Positions 1-12,589 of a stretch of DNA of 64,000 nucleotides are shown here, in pieces. Made by a program: the position numbers and the translations under genes. Origin of the DNA: Microthyrium microscopicum. Taxonomy: Eukaryota. The notes beneath the pieces are model-generated. The model was given only the letters and a program-made list of their open reading frames with translations, was not told the DNA's origin and did not search any database. Location: the NCBI GenBank assembly GCA_010405405.1, contig MU004235.1, forward strand, positions 1,688,538 through 1,752,537, in the 5' to 3' direction. The stretch's first letter is position 1; each line of letters opens with the position of its first letter.

Positions 1-1299
1 TTCCACTTCAGCCACTCAACGGAGAGCTCTTGCTATCCTCCCAGCAACGCTGCTGTCGATAGTAGGTGTGTATTATCATATCTGCTTGGTCGTCAAAGTG
101 GAGATTTTCCGATCATGACAATCCCCTTGAAAGTGTTCGTCCGCATTCAGTCTGCTGTAGAACCATCTGCTCGACTATCGACTTCTGATCCCGAGAAGTA
201 ATGCGATAGCAATTGAGTTGGCAGCGTCTATCCGCAATCTCGCAGATAGCCGTCGTCAGAACTTCCGGAGCACTGATGATGGCAATCGTTCTGGAGGTGG
301 CAGGCTGTAGATCATGTACCATAGTCGTCAGATCTGCTCAGGCCGTCAACCTTTACTCCGGATAGTACCGCGTGGCAATCAATATGTCAGTGTTTATCCG
401 CGATCTCACGGGCTGTCGTCGTCGAAGCTTCTTGGATATCAATCTTTGACCTGGACATCATCCGTCTCAGACATGTAGCACTGCCGTCGATGGCTTTTAT
501 ATCAAGCGTATATATCTGTCCTCGGGGTGAGCGCCATGACGACGTCTTTGCCAGGTTTTCTTAACTGCCTTGGAAGCGAAATGCCCTCGATGCAGCTATC
601 GCTCGACAAGAATGGTGTATCTCCATCGAAGAATTTCCAGCCATGTTATTCTTTACTTCAAGTTACCTATTCCAAGCAGCGAAGAGACGCATACTATGAC
701 AATGCTCCATGGTCTCGCGGCGATTGTCGAAGCCCACATTGATACAAAAGATGTATTACGTCTTCATCCATCTTATCAACGGGTTCATACTCTTATGAAC
801 GAAAGCGTAGCTCCAGGCAAGGACAGAACAGCGCGTCCAGATGAAAACAGTTCTTGCTACGTGTCCTGATGCTCAGCATAGGCCGGAGAAGTGATGGAAG
901 AAGCTGGATCGTGGTATAAAGCAGTGGTCTTGGTCAGCCCAAACTTAACTTTCCATCCACCACTCCATCCATCACTTCATTCTCCAACATCCTCGGACCA
1001 CATCTCCCGTCTCTGGTCTTCTTTTCCTCTCCAATATATAGGTGTCGCTGATACACTGTGCTTCTCAACTCCAGCCCGCATGGTTCCTCCGTCTCTCGCT
1101 CTGAAGCCGCTTCACTCTTCCCTTCACTCTGGTAGACCATCCTTGTGCATGTAGTCTCGTCTTTGCTTCCTCTCTCATATGTACCAATCACACATACACC
1201 ACGAGCCTCAAGGCCGTTCCAATGACAGTCGTATCCTTCCATATTTGTCATATCACTCTTTACTTCATCCCAAGCGACAATACCGCTGCATGTAGCCTT

Positions 1300-2300
1300 G
1301 TCTTTGTCTCTTCTCTTGTATATGCAACTTACTCATACACTAAAGACACCAAAAATCCATTCTTTCCGATGGCTTTTCTGTCCCCTTCGTTCATATACAT
1401 GGCCGACTTTGTACTAAGACTCAATGTATGCTCCGCTTGTTCGAGCAGAGCACAAGATGTCTGTCCAATTACAGCCCACAAGCCCAATTCCAGGCAATTC
1501 TTGACCAATGGCATCCCCAGGGTGATTGTAATCGGCTCCATTCTAATGGACGATAACGACCAGGGCGACAAGAAGAACTTGAGTCTGAGAGCGACAGTCA
1601 AAAAGTCTTTCGCACCCGTGGAATCAAGTCCCAAGATTATCCCATTGTGCTGTCATGAAGTTGCATGACTAAATCGGGACTGTGAGCCATCATAAGTCGG
1701 CTGACTGAGCTCCTTTCTCGTGCTCTGCTGGTGCCCATATGCTCAATAAGTTCGAGCAGCACCTACCTCTGCTTCCAATTGTCATAGTTCGAGGTTACTT
1801 CGTCTCTCCCGGCTATATGTACAATCACTCAACACGCAGGCTCATTTCACCCGCCGGGGCTCATGGATTCTTTCGTCTCCGCCGTTCTTTCTCGTCATTT
1901 TGCCTCTCAGGGTAATGACGATATTCTTGAATCTGACGATCTATGTCCGTAATTTCAGCAAGCATCGCATCCTTCAAAGCGCATCTCTGCAGCATTTCTT
2001 AAGCGATTGGCCCGAGAACACCTTGCAGTGAGGTGATCCTTCAGTGTTGAAGGAAGCAGAAACTGCGCACGTCAATTCGGACAGCAGTGAATACATGCTC
2101 AGCGAGTGTCTCAAAGAATGGTGCGCATCCACATCTCACTTGATTGAGGAACTCCCGCCGATTTTACCAGCAGCAACATAAGATAGGTGATCCACACGAT
2201 CCAGCTTATTGAGCGGATGCAATTGAAGGTTTCCTGGATCAAACACCGAAGGCCAACCACATCTTGGAGTTTCTTCTCAGACAGGCTCGTGGTGTGCGAC
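1300..2300 (-). pseudogene. Possible decayed NACHT/ankyrin (NLR-like) gene remnant
   Basis: Minus-strand fragments broken by stops and frameshifts resemble ankyrin repeats (LWAVIGQTSCALLEQ/GAYIES; NGADYNHPGDAIG) and a winged-helix-like QFLLPSTLKDHL. No intact ORF; boundaries approximate. Confidence 0.25.
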
Positions 2301-2783
2301 CGATCAAGAATCGTTACCTGCTCTCTTAAAAGTCTTTAAGGGACAAGCCAAGTCTCGCTAAATCACCACCTTAAACCTCATTGAGCCACTTATTATTACA
2401 TTTCAAGTAAAAATATCGCATCACAAGAAAACCCTACAAAATATAATCCAAACGAGGTAGAGGGATCATGTTAAATCTCTATATACGGCCTCTGTACCAG
2501 CTAGCCACCTTGGCCCATGACAGAACCACTAGGAACCGTTGGGAATACTTAAATGTAACAACACAATTAAAAGCCAACATACACGCCGCTCCTTTCTATC
2601 GAGATTGAAGTCACATCTATATCATTCCGCTTCAACTACTTCCCATCCCAATGCCCATCATCGGCCCCCACAACGGTAGCTGAAGCCCACGTAGACTTCC
2701 TGTCATATCGTCACTCGTCTACAGTACTCGGCGATCCAGGAGTAGTTTCCAGTACAGGCTTGCCGCATTGTCTTGCGGCTGAT

Positions 2784-4764
2784 CTAGTCCAGCGCATCGT
2801 GAAACTCATCAACCTCCTCCGTCTGCGAATCCTGCCGTACGATCGGTCTCTTCAAGTGACTTACTGCTGCCGGCACCGCAGCTTGCTGCCCCAGACCTTG
2901 GGTAAACCCCTGAGCGTGATTGATATCCATATTTCGCAGCTTTTCATGTAGTGCTACGTGTGATAGCTCGCCGCCAGCGCCGTGTGGTTGTTGTGCCTGT
3001 GAAGGTTCTTGGGCTTGAGATTGCTGGGCTTCAGGGGGTTGTTGGGCTTGAGACGGTTGCTGTGCGTCCGGGTGTTCTGGATGCGGGTTTAGTTGAGTTG
3101 CTGTATGTTGGCGCGAGAGACTCGGCGAACTCGTGTTTTGCCTGGAAGGTATCGAGAACCGCCGATCAAGCGCTTGACCCGGTAGGATAGGTGCGATGCG
3201 TAGGATTTGTTTGATCTGTTCGTCTGAGGTTTTGCCGTCACTGTAACATGGGGTATTAGCTTCCCTCCATAGAAAGGAACTATAATCTCTTACATCTTCG
3301 CATTCAGAATCCAGTCCAAGTCCTCCTCGCCTTCATCTTGCCCACCCGGCCCCCCTTGCACATGTCGAAATAACTTAGGCTTCCAGTCCAGCCCATCATC
3401 TGCTCGTTTCGAAGCCTCAAGTCGTTGTTGGTCCTCAATTGCTGATTTTTCGGTGGTGGCGGCAACATGATCTCGATTATGGATGGCTTCGTTTACTTTG
3501 GCCCAGAGGCGTTGAGATTCGCGCTCGTCTTGTTCTTCTATAGGTCGTGCGAGAGGTGGAGACGGTTTGGCGCCTTTGGCATTGAAGAGCAGCTCTTTTT
3601 GGTGTGTCTATAAAATCAATAGCTGAAAGACATACGGATCTGAGCTGGGTTCTTACCTTAATGTCTTTGATGTACATTTCTCCGTTCCAGAGGCCTGAGA
3701 GTTCGTATAGAGGTTGATCGGTTTTTGTGTCTCGGATGAATCCACCTATGGCGTTATATGTTCCACTGAAATATCCTTTTGTTTTGAATTCGAGATCTGC
3801 ATGGAGACCGAGTTCTGGACAGCGGACGAAGCTGTGGTCGCCTAGTTCGTACTTCATCTTGCCGAATAGGATGCCTCTTGCATACATATTTGGTTGTGTG
3901 ACGAAACTATACAAATCAGCAAAGACCTCTGCGATCCAATAATTTTCTTACTATCTCTCGTTATTGCGGTTCGTGAATCTCATGACTGCTATGCCTTCCA
4001 TCATACTTGCTGCGGAGTTGCCCAGAAATTTGCTTCGAGGTTTCAGTGTTCCGTCAATTCGTATGCCGTGTTCCGGGACCATGAAGAAGTAGCTCGATTT
4101 TGGAGGATGATGTGATGTTTGTTCCGAGATGTAGTAGCCCTTTGTCTTGTCTGGATATTCCCAATAGCATGTAAATGTTTCGCCTAGGATTGGATTCAGG
4201 GGTTTCTTTACGCCCCTATTTATACGTAAGCGTCATATTTCGAAAGGTTGATGCGGGACATACGGAGGTTTGATATGCCAACCACTGAGGTAGAATTTGA
4301 CTACGGATACGAACCGCTTGACTGGATCATCGATTTCGGGCATTGGTAGCATGATTTCGGGATGTGCCATGAAGCTATCGAGGCAGGTTAGTCGGGTTAT
4401 TGGCAATAAGGACGGATGGTTCGGTACTTTGTTATCCGTTCCAGCATGGATCTTGGTTCTAAGATGAAGGTCGGGAGAGTTACGCGACTGAGATCTGCAC
4501 CTGGTCGTAGTTGTGATATGATGTGTCCAAGGACTGAAAGAATTAGCCGCATCTCGAAGTAGAAAGTGGGAGAAGTTACCATTGCCTTGCTCGGCGTCGA
4601 CAACGGTCTCATCTTCAGTAGAGTATTCTCTTGTATCATCAATAGATGACCGGCCTAGGTGAAAAAAAAGAGTCAGCTTCTGATGCTTGATTTTCTAGAT
4701 TAGTAGCTCAAAGAAGAAGGTTGAGCTTACTGCCGCCAGAATGTCTTCGATGTCCTAGAACCAT
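2784..4764 (-). CDS. Oxysterol-binding protein, Osh6/Osh7 (PS/PI4P exchanger) subfamily; multi-exon
   Basis: The spliced model reads [12 protein letters not shown]...[37 protein letters not shown]...[12 protein letters not shown]...EQTSHHPP (OSBP signature)...[21 protein letters not shown]...[11 protein letters not shown]. The GT-AG introns I traced keep the frame. Confidence 0.92.
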
Positions 4765-5057
4765 GATGACTAGCTGCCAGGGAGAACACCGGCGAAGGGG
4801 GATAGGTATGTTTAGGAGCGACTGTGATGCTCAAGTGAGAACAGAAAAAGTGACAGAGGGAGGATCTATCAGGGCTGGTCAGACCGGGATGCAAGATGTT
4901 GTAGTTTGATGCAGATGATGGTGAATTTAGGCGGCAAGTAGCAAGAAGTTGGGCAGTCAAGGCAGTAACAGGTAGTTGAAGACAATCCTGGACTTTTTCA
5001 CTTTTTGCTTGACAGCACTGAGCAGTAGGATGACGACAACTGGTAGAGCTGGGAGAG

Positions 5058-5178
5058 CCAGTCAAACCAGTCAAACCAGTCAAATCGCTGCAGTCAAAAC
5101 CACTGCGTCAAAACCAGTACGGTGCGGTAGTCAAACAAACCGGCAGCAAAGCAGCAAAGCAGCAAAGCAGCAAACCAG
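5058..5178. repeat. Short tandem repeats (CCAGTCAAA x3; GCAGCAAA x4) upstream of the OSH gene
   Basis: Directly visible: ccagtcaaaccagtcaaaccagtcaaa and gcagcaaagcagcaaagcagcaaagcagcaaa. Confidence 0.85.
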
Positions 5179-5770
5179 CGCCGCTGGAAGAACAGGACGT
5201 CAGAGGACCAATTGCGGGGCACACGTTTAAAGCTTGCGCTCCACTGTGACCTCAAGCTGCTCAAGGTCCAACGGGTGAGGGACGGGAATAATACGGGAGA
5301 TTGCCGATTGATTGGTATGCTGGTGGAGGGATGATTCGGCCCGTCGAGATGATAGATTCAGGCACTTTTCTGTCAATTGATTATTTTGTGAAACAAGAGA
5401 TATGGAGATAGAAGTTGGCGATTGATCACTGATAGCGATGGCAAGCGATGGATACAAGACATCCCCAAGACATCCGAAGGGCAGGTTAAACCGCACGGGC
5501 TTAGTTGTGGATGATGCCCCTGGCCACCGCCCGCGGGCCCCCCGGCCAGGCGTTTTTGTGCCACAGCTTCAGCCACGTGCACGTCCCATAATAATTGGAA
5601 CAGGTAACAACATCATGAGAAAGGAGCGACAAGTGGTACATGCTTCTTTTTGGTGTTTCTACATCCATCTGCATCTAATTGTCCTAAAATCCATCTCCCT
5701 TACTCCCATCTCCTAAATTCTCATCGCCGTTTTCCTACTTCGCCATGCCCATTGTTCTCCTTGATTCAAT

Positions 5771-8700
5771 ATGACTGGTGTTCCAGTAGAGACTGAAAAG
5801 GCCATTCGCTACATCCAGACCTTGGATCTGGCCCGATGCCAAGGTCAATGGCTTCAAGTTCCTGAACACGCTCGCAAGGTCGAGAAACATGCGCCTCATC
5901 GCAACAGTATGTCAAATTCGCCAAATCCAACTACATATTCTCTGCTAACTATTCTCAAGTTCTCGTCCTCACTGCCAGGGCAGAAGCATCCGCTGCCACC
6001 ACCGCCTTTTCCGAACAATCCTCCACCTTCCGACCCCTGATATCATCCTTGGTCGACGCCATAACCAAACCAAATCCCTATCCCGAAGACTCTTTTCAGG
6101 CAATAGTATGTCTGTCCTGGTTACATTGGCTTCTCCAAGAGCCGGAGCAAGCTTTGGCCCAACTCGTCGAAGATCCGGTCACCGCATATGACACTGCCGC
6201 TACTGAGAGAGCTCGCTCAAGAGAATGGATCAAGGTATGCGCTCTGAAGTATGCATATATAAAGGGTCAGTCACAGTCAGGAAACACCTAGCCAAATTCT
6301 GACATTGAACAGGCTTCACCCTCGAAAAGTCCAATTTACCAAACGAGGCCGCGATCGCCTATTATTCCGCGCTTCCCTTACTCTCCGACGTTTCGAGGAA
6401 TGTTGCTCTAGGATCGATGCCACGAGAATTCAGGCTTTGGGCCGAGAGATTGTTGTCGCGCTGCGTAGCATACACCCTGAAAGCTCAACCTCTCGATGAA
6501 AATACCGAATATGGCCGATTACTCCAAATTTTCCATCATTGGGCCGCCTTGTTCAATTTCCATCCTACAGACTCCAAAACCGGACTTCAAGCACCTCAAA
6601 CTACACCTGACTTTGAACTTGGACAGGAAGTCGAGTATACACGATGGAACATGTGGATGTCATACTACACCATCCTCTCTCAGATTTTGAAGAGAGGATT
6701 TGTGTATTCAATTTCATACTCTGACTCGAACCCAAACGTGTTCACTGCGCCGTCGAATTACACCGCAGAGGAATACCGAGATTCTCGATTGAAACAGCGC
6801 AAGGAGCTAAAGAACGTGGAAAATTGTATAGAAACGAAACTCCTCGAAGAAACTAGCTTTCCAAAAGCCCACGTACGCAATGAACGAGTGGAGAATTGGG
6901 CTGATGCCATCATGGATAATTGGAAAATCATGTGTGGATCAAGCTGGTCAGATGCCGATTTAGGTCAAGGTGGTAAAAACGCAATTGCCAAAGGTGTCTT
7001 GGATGTCAGTTTTATCATAATGTGTACTTGCATTATTATTTTCTAACGTATTTTAGATTCTTTACCGAGCTGCGACAAAGACCTTTCATTCAACACAGAT
7101 ATTGCGACACCTTTTTACAGTCCACGCGTATCTGGCTGAATTTGACCTCGCGTTGAAGGCTCTGGATTCTTACTTGGAGCTTTATACACGCGGAAAGGCC
7201 AGAACTGAAAAGACAGGAGAAATTGATTTCAGTTTGGACCATGAAGATAAGGTTTTATGGATACTAAGTGAAGCTATTTCCATCCTATGTCGATTTGGTG
7301 GACGAAAAGAGGCAGAGAAAGCAAAAGATATTGCAGCAAAACTACGACTCTGGACAGAAGAATGGGACACTGAGCCTCAAATTCAAGAAGCCACCACGAA
7401 TGAACCGAATGGATTAAATGGAAGTGGTAACATCACCGAGCCTATTGTCAAGCCAGTATCAGGATCCATCATCTCGGTCGCATACCACGCGCTTGGAACT
7501 TCAGAAGCCCATTGGGGACGACTGACATATGAAGCATCTACTCGGACTCAACATCAAAACAAAGCACAAGAATACTTTCGACTGGCTTTACAAAGAAAAT
7601 ACAGAAACTCGCGGAACTTGGATTATTTATATTCCCTTGCAATTTTGATGGCTGAAATGAGAGATATACCAGGCTCCATTAAAGTCGTTAAACAGGCGCT
7701 TGCCGAAGGCGCAAATCAAGGAACATCAGAGGATGACTTCCAAAAGGAGAGAAAGCTCATTCGCTTTTGGCATCTACTAACTCTCCTACTGAGCGCTAGA
7801 TCCGACCTTCTGAATGCCGCGAAAGCATCCAACGCCGCTTTTGAACAATTCCAAGACCCAGGCATGCTCTTTGGCCATCAAGAATATCGGTCCGAGCACC
7901 TCAACGATACCGAGAAAACCAATAGCCCAGCTTTAATCGACCACATGAATCCTTTTGAAAAAGTCGGCGTTCTCGAAGTCAAAATGACTCAAGTTGCTCT
8001 ATTGGAAGCATTTGAAGGACCCGCCTCCGCCGTCGAAGCTTCCCCCGATCTTCTCGCCCTCTACGTGCGTCTCTTTGGCGATTTAAGAGATATGGAGCCC
8101 ATGAAAACAAGTGGGGAGGCAAAAGTGCCAAAGTCTAGGGTGGGGAGTCTGAGAGCAAGTCTTTTTAAGCGTGCACGTAGTAGAAAAGTCGATAACCCAA
8201 GGATTAATGTAGGACCTCCCCAGACAGCTCAACCACCACAAACGGCGATCCTTCAAACTGTTCAGACGGCCGTGGCGTTTCCCCGTCCCTCGACGGCAGG
8301 TACTTCGACGGCCGCGCCTACGATTCAGGTTACGGATACTTCCTCGTCTGGCATTGTTGAAGCACGCGGTAGGCCTACGACCAATGGTATTTCTGGGAGG
8401 CCAAAGAGTGGTGTTTATGATGGTACGAAGAATGCTGATGGTAGATTGGTGCAGAGAAGTCGAAGCCGTAGTAAGATTCGCAAGCGGAATTCCGTGAGGG
8501 ATTCAATGGAAAGTTTTAGACCGCCGAGTCCGACTGCAAATTACGATGAGAATTCACCGGAGAATGCGGAAGCACAGCAGATCAACGGTGTTTCTTCCGT
8601 GAGCGTGCGGAATTCTGTGCAGAGCTTTGCGAGACCTGGCACCTCGACTTCTACGGCAACGAGGACGACGGTTGCTCATCGTAATAAGCGAGAATCAAGT

Positions 8701-9739
8701 ATGAGTATGAAATCGACGGCTTCCGATACGACTTCAGTGCTTGCAGGAATGGTGATTGGGAGGGCGGCAAGTCCTGCACCGGCATTTCCTAATATCACGG
8801 ATCGACGGCATAAACTTAGTGTGCTGGTTGAGCTTTGGCTGTTTGTGTCGGGCATGTATATGCGCGCGGAACAGTTTGAAGACTCGAAAGACGCTATCAA
8901 TGAGGCGGCGCATCTTGTGTCAAAGTTTGAACTTGAGCTTTCAAGGGCTACTTCTAGTGCCAAAGCATTTGCAAACTCCGGTTGGGGTGGCGGTAGGAGT
9001 ATCGATCAGATGTGGGGAGATATATGGACACAAGTATGTTATCTCTATCCCCTTTTACCCATCTTGGGGTTATTATACTAATGTATCATAGCGAGGCGAA
9101 CTCGCCAAATCCAGCGACTTTCCCCACGACGCCATCAATTTCTTTGAAAAAGCCGTAGGCTACTGGCCCAACCACGCCCGAGCCATCGTCGGCCTCGCCT
9201 CACTACTTTTAGACCTCTACTCTGAAATCATCACCCCCGACGCCCCGGAAGATCGTCCACCACCCTTCCTAACCGCAACCAATTACATCACCAACTCTGG
9301 TTCCGCAACCAACTCCACAACGACAGCATCAGCAACGCCTGCTCCGCCTTCTCTCTCACGCCATCAAACCGGCCAATCCATTCCGCTCTCTATTGCCTCT
9401 GCCAATACTTCTACTAGCAATAACAATAATCCTTCTACTACTAACAACAACAACCTACCTACCGACACTCATCCCACCACCGACTCACCCGCAGAGACGA
9501 CACCAGATTTACTGAACCGCCTGGCAGCTCGCGACCGCGCGTACTTTTTGCTTTCTACATTGACAAAACTAGGCGTCGGCTGGGATTATTCTGAAGCCTG
9601 GTTTGCGCTGGCTCGAGTGTATGAGGAGAGTGGACAGGTGGAGAAGGCAAAGGAGGTGCTTTGGTGGTGTGTGGAGCTGGAAGATTCGAGACCGTTGAGG
9701 CCTTGGGGTTGTGTTGGACTGAATGGATTCTTGCTTTGA
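5771..9739 (+). CDS. YPP1: TPR scaffold protein of the Ypp1/Rhf1 (TTC7-like) family, subunit of the Stt4 PI4-kinase complex; 5 exons
   Basis: N-terminus KAIRYIQTLDLARCQGQW..VPEHARKVEKHAPHR, internal ILYRAATKTFHSTQILRHLF, C-terminus ARDRAYFLLSTLTKLGVGWDYSEAWFALARVYEESGQVEKAKEVLWWCVELEDSRPLRPW. Introns at about 5908-5958, 6266-6312, 7005-7056 and 9034-9090. Confidence 0.8.
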
Positions 9740-11132
9740 TGAGCTGATTGGGATGATATTGTCTATAGGAAAGTGAGGAAATAGGGCTGACGGGATAGGT
9801 GAAAGGTGCGTCAAAATGGAGGTGGAATTGTATGTGGTTTCTGTTGTTTGTTTACTCTGGGGGCGGAAATACCAGTTTGGTACGGAAAGGAGGAAAGGAA
9901 TAGATAGTACATATCCCATGATCGCGGTACATATGATTCAGTTTGTTGGTGTTATAGATGCGTGTGGTATAATGTTGTATTTTCTTCTTCATACCCCTAT
10001 CTCACCAAGCAGTCTATTCTTACCAATGTTCATTACTACTACACTTCTCCCTAAAATGTCTGATATCCCAACCCACGCTACATGTACCGAATCTAAAGAC
10101 CTTACTGTACGGATATGCTAAGACGATAAATAGTTGATTGAATCCTTCAGCACGTTTCTTGATATCCCACGGCTCAAGCCTTCTATACTAATGAGAAAGA
10201 CCCAACTGGACGGATCTACCCAGATCAAATCGTAGATGGAAAGGATTCGTAGGATTCATTGAACTATCTACATGCTACTTTTACCATGCTTTGCCACGCG
10301 ATATGCGAGTTCCTGGATCATAGCCTTATAGGGCTCAATTGCTGGTCTGTGACAGCCTGGTTGTCCATGCGCCGCCAGGAACCGTCTTGGCTTGCAGACA
10401 GTTGCAGTCGCTTGGTGCTGGTAGAGGCGATGGTTTCCGGGAATTATCTCTACCTACCTAGGTCGGTAGTATGCGGTTGTCTGCTAGATTGAAGTGGACA
10501 GTCAATTTTGGCACTGTTACGATGCAAGTCAACATTTTTGCCTTGCATCACTACTACGGTGAAATCTGATTCCTTAGATGTTATGCACAGAGGTGTAGGC
10601 GCACTCCAAAATCGATCGAGTAATTGAGCGACAGCGAAGCGGGCTGCATGCGGGATCCTGGTCTAAACCAGATCGTGGACAAATCATGGACGCCATCATC
10701 GCGACTGCAGGTGCAATTTGATCTAGAACTTATGCAGCTAATTTTCTTTCGCTTTGCTCGAACAATCCATGGCTGCATCCTTAATGTTGGAGGGGCGACG
10801 AGCTTCGCGGTGTACACTTGATTGCGAAAAGTGCTGTCTTTCTCCCTTGCTACTTGCTAGCATAAAATGGCAGATCTTTTAGATTTCTACTAATTATACG
10901 TAAAATAGCCTATAGAATTAGGAGGTAGAAACTCGCGCTATCTTTTACTAATAATTAAGTATTCTAAATATTAAAGTTATCTAACGATCTTATTATAGTA
11001 ATCTTAGTGTTTTAGGTACTATTTTAAAGCTTATATTTAGCTAATCTTTAGTAGATATTTAGTTAGATATCTCCTAATAGTTTCTTACCTATTTTATATA
11101 TAATTTAATTATCTTTATTTTATAACCTTATT

Positions 11133-12220
11133 ATGGACGCTATTTAATTAGAAATAGGCTAAAATAAAGCTTATTTAATCCTATCTTATCCTAAATGCTA
11201 TATTATAAATAGCTTAAGGCTCTTTATTATTATTATGCTCTAAATAGGCTAATTAGTGAGTACTATTGCTAGATATATAAAGGTTAGTAGGTCTACTATT
11301 TAATTCTATTACGCATAGCTTAATATAGTTACTAGTAAGTATATTAAACGCCCTTATTTTACTCTTAGTTATATTTTAGAGATATCTAAAGCTATACGTA
11401 ATTTTATGCTAGAAGTCCTAGCTCTAAAGGAGACCTTCTTCCTTAATAAGATATTAAATTTACTATAGTAAGAACTTAACGTTAATTATAGCTAATAGGT
11501 GATTCTAAGAGAGCTATAATATATAAATTAGACGAGGAAGCAAGTAAGTTATATTACTTTTTAATAGTAATTACTAACTTAACTTTAAAGTAAAAAAGAT
11601 TACTTAATAATGCTATAGCCTTTAACGTGATAAATATTTTAAGCGTATAACGTAATATAGTATTAAATAGCTTATTTTTGTAGATAAAAGTAGTAGTAGT
11701 AAATTAGATACTTATTATTAAATAGGATAGAGCCTATAGGGCTCTCTTTGCTAGTCTTGTAAGTAATTAGATTATTTAAAGAGGTTAAACCTAATTCTAG
11801 CTTATACTATTTATAGCCTTCTTAACTATAATAAATATAAGGTAAATTTAGACTAAGATAGATTTAAATAGTAGTTAGATTAGGTTTTTCTTTCTTAGTA
11901 TAGTTACTATCTTGCTTCCTATAGTATTATTATTATAGATAATGCCTCTTTTTATTATAATAGTAATATTTAAGAGATTTTTAATTAGTATAGGGTTTAT
12001 TTAGAATATCTGCTACTATATTCTTTAGATTTTAATCTAATTAAAGCTTTATTTAGTAATATTAAGTCTTATTTAAAGTAGTATTGTCTAGACTTTAATA
12101 GAGGAAGGAATTATAAAGAAAGATTTTAACTTTTTAAGGAGATTTTTAATTATATTATACGTATATAAAGAAAGGATAAAAGGCGCGCAAAAAATTATTT
12201 TATATATATAGGGTAGCTTA
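11133..12220 (+). pseudogene. RIPed DDE transposase (Tc1/IS630 type)
   Basis: LIFVDKSSSSKLDT (reverts to FVDESG) at about 11671. IIIDNASFYY...EYLLLYSLDFNLIKALF (reverts to DNASFH...YLPPYSPDFNPIEALF) at about 11930-12060. Many TAA/TAG stops; ends approximate. Confidence 0.88.
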
Positions 12221-12589
12221 GTTAGACGTTAGTATTTTTTTTAGAATTAAAATTAGCTTTTTTATTATAAAGATCGTATAGTAATAAAGTATAGTTTTAG
12301 TAATAGTCTTTATAGATTAAGTACTTTATAAATATCTTAAGTTTTGTTATATTAAATTATATCTTAGCACCTTACGTTAATGCTTATTATAGTCTAGTAA
12401 CTACTTATTATAGTTTAGCGTATTACGTATTTTACTTAATCTATAATTACTATAGTAAGATTTGTAACTATATCTTAATATTATAAAGCTAAATTAAAGT
12501 ATTTACTTATTTTAAATAATAGTAAGGTTAAATTTTATAATAAAACTACGAAACTAAATACTAATAGTATAAGCAAAGTATTAATTTAT

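Noticed and set aside
3000..3060. Apparent frameshift in the last OSH exon
   Set aside because: Recounting the C run (CAA CCC CCT GAA) shows the frame stays open to TAG at 2784-2786.
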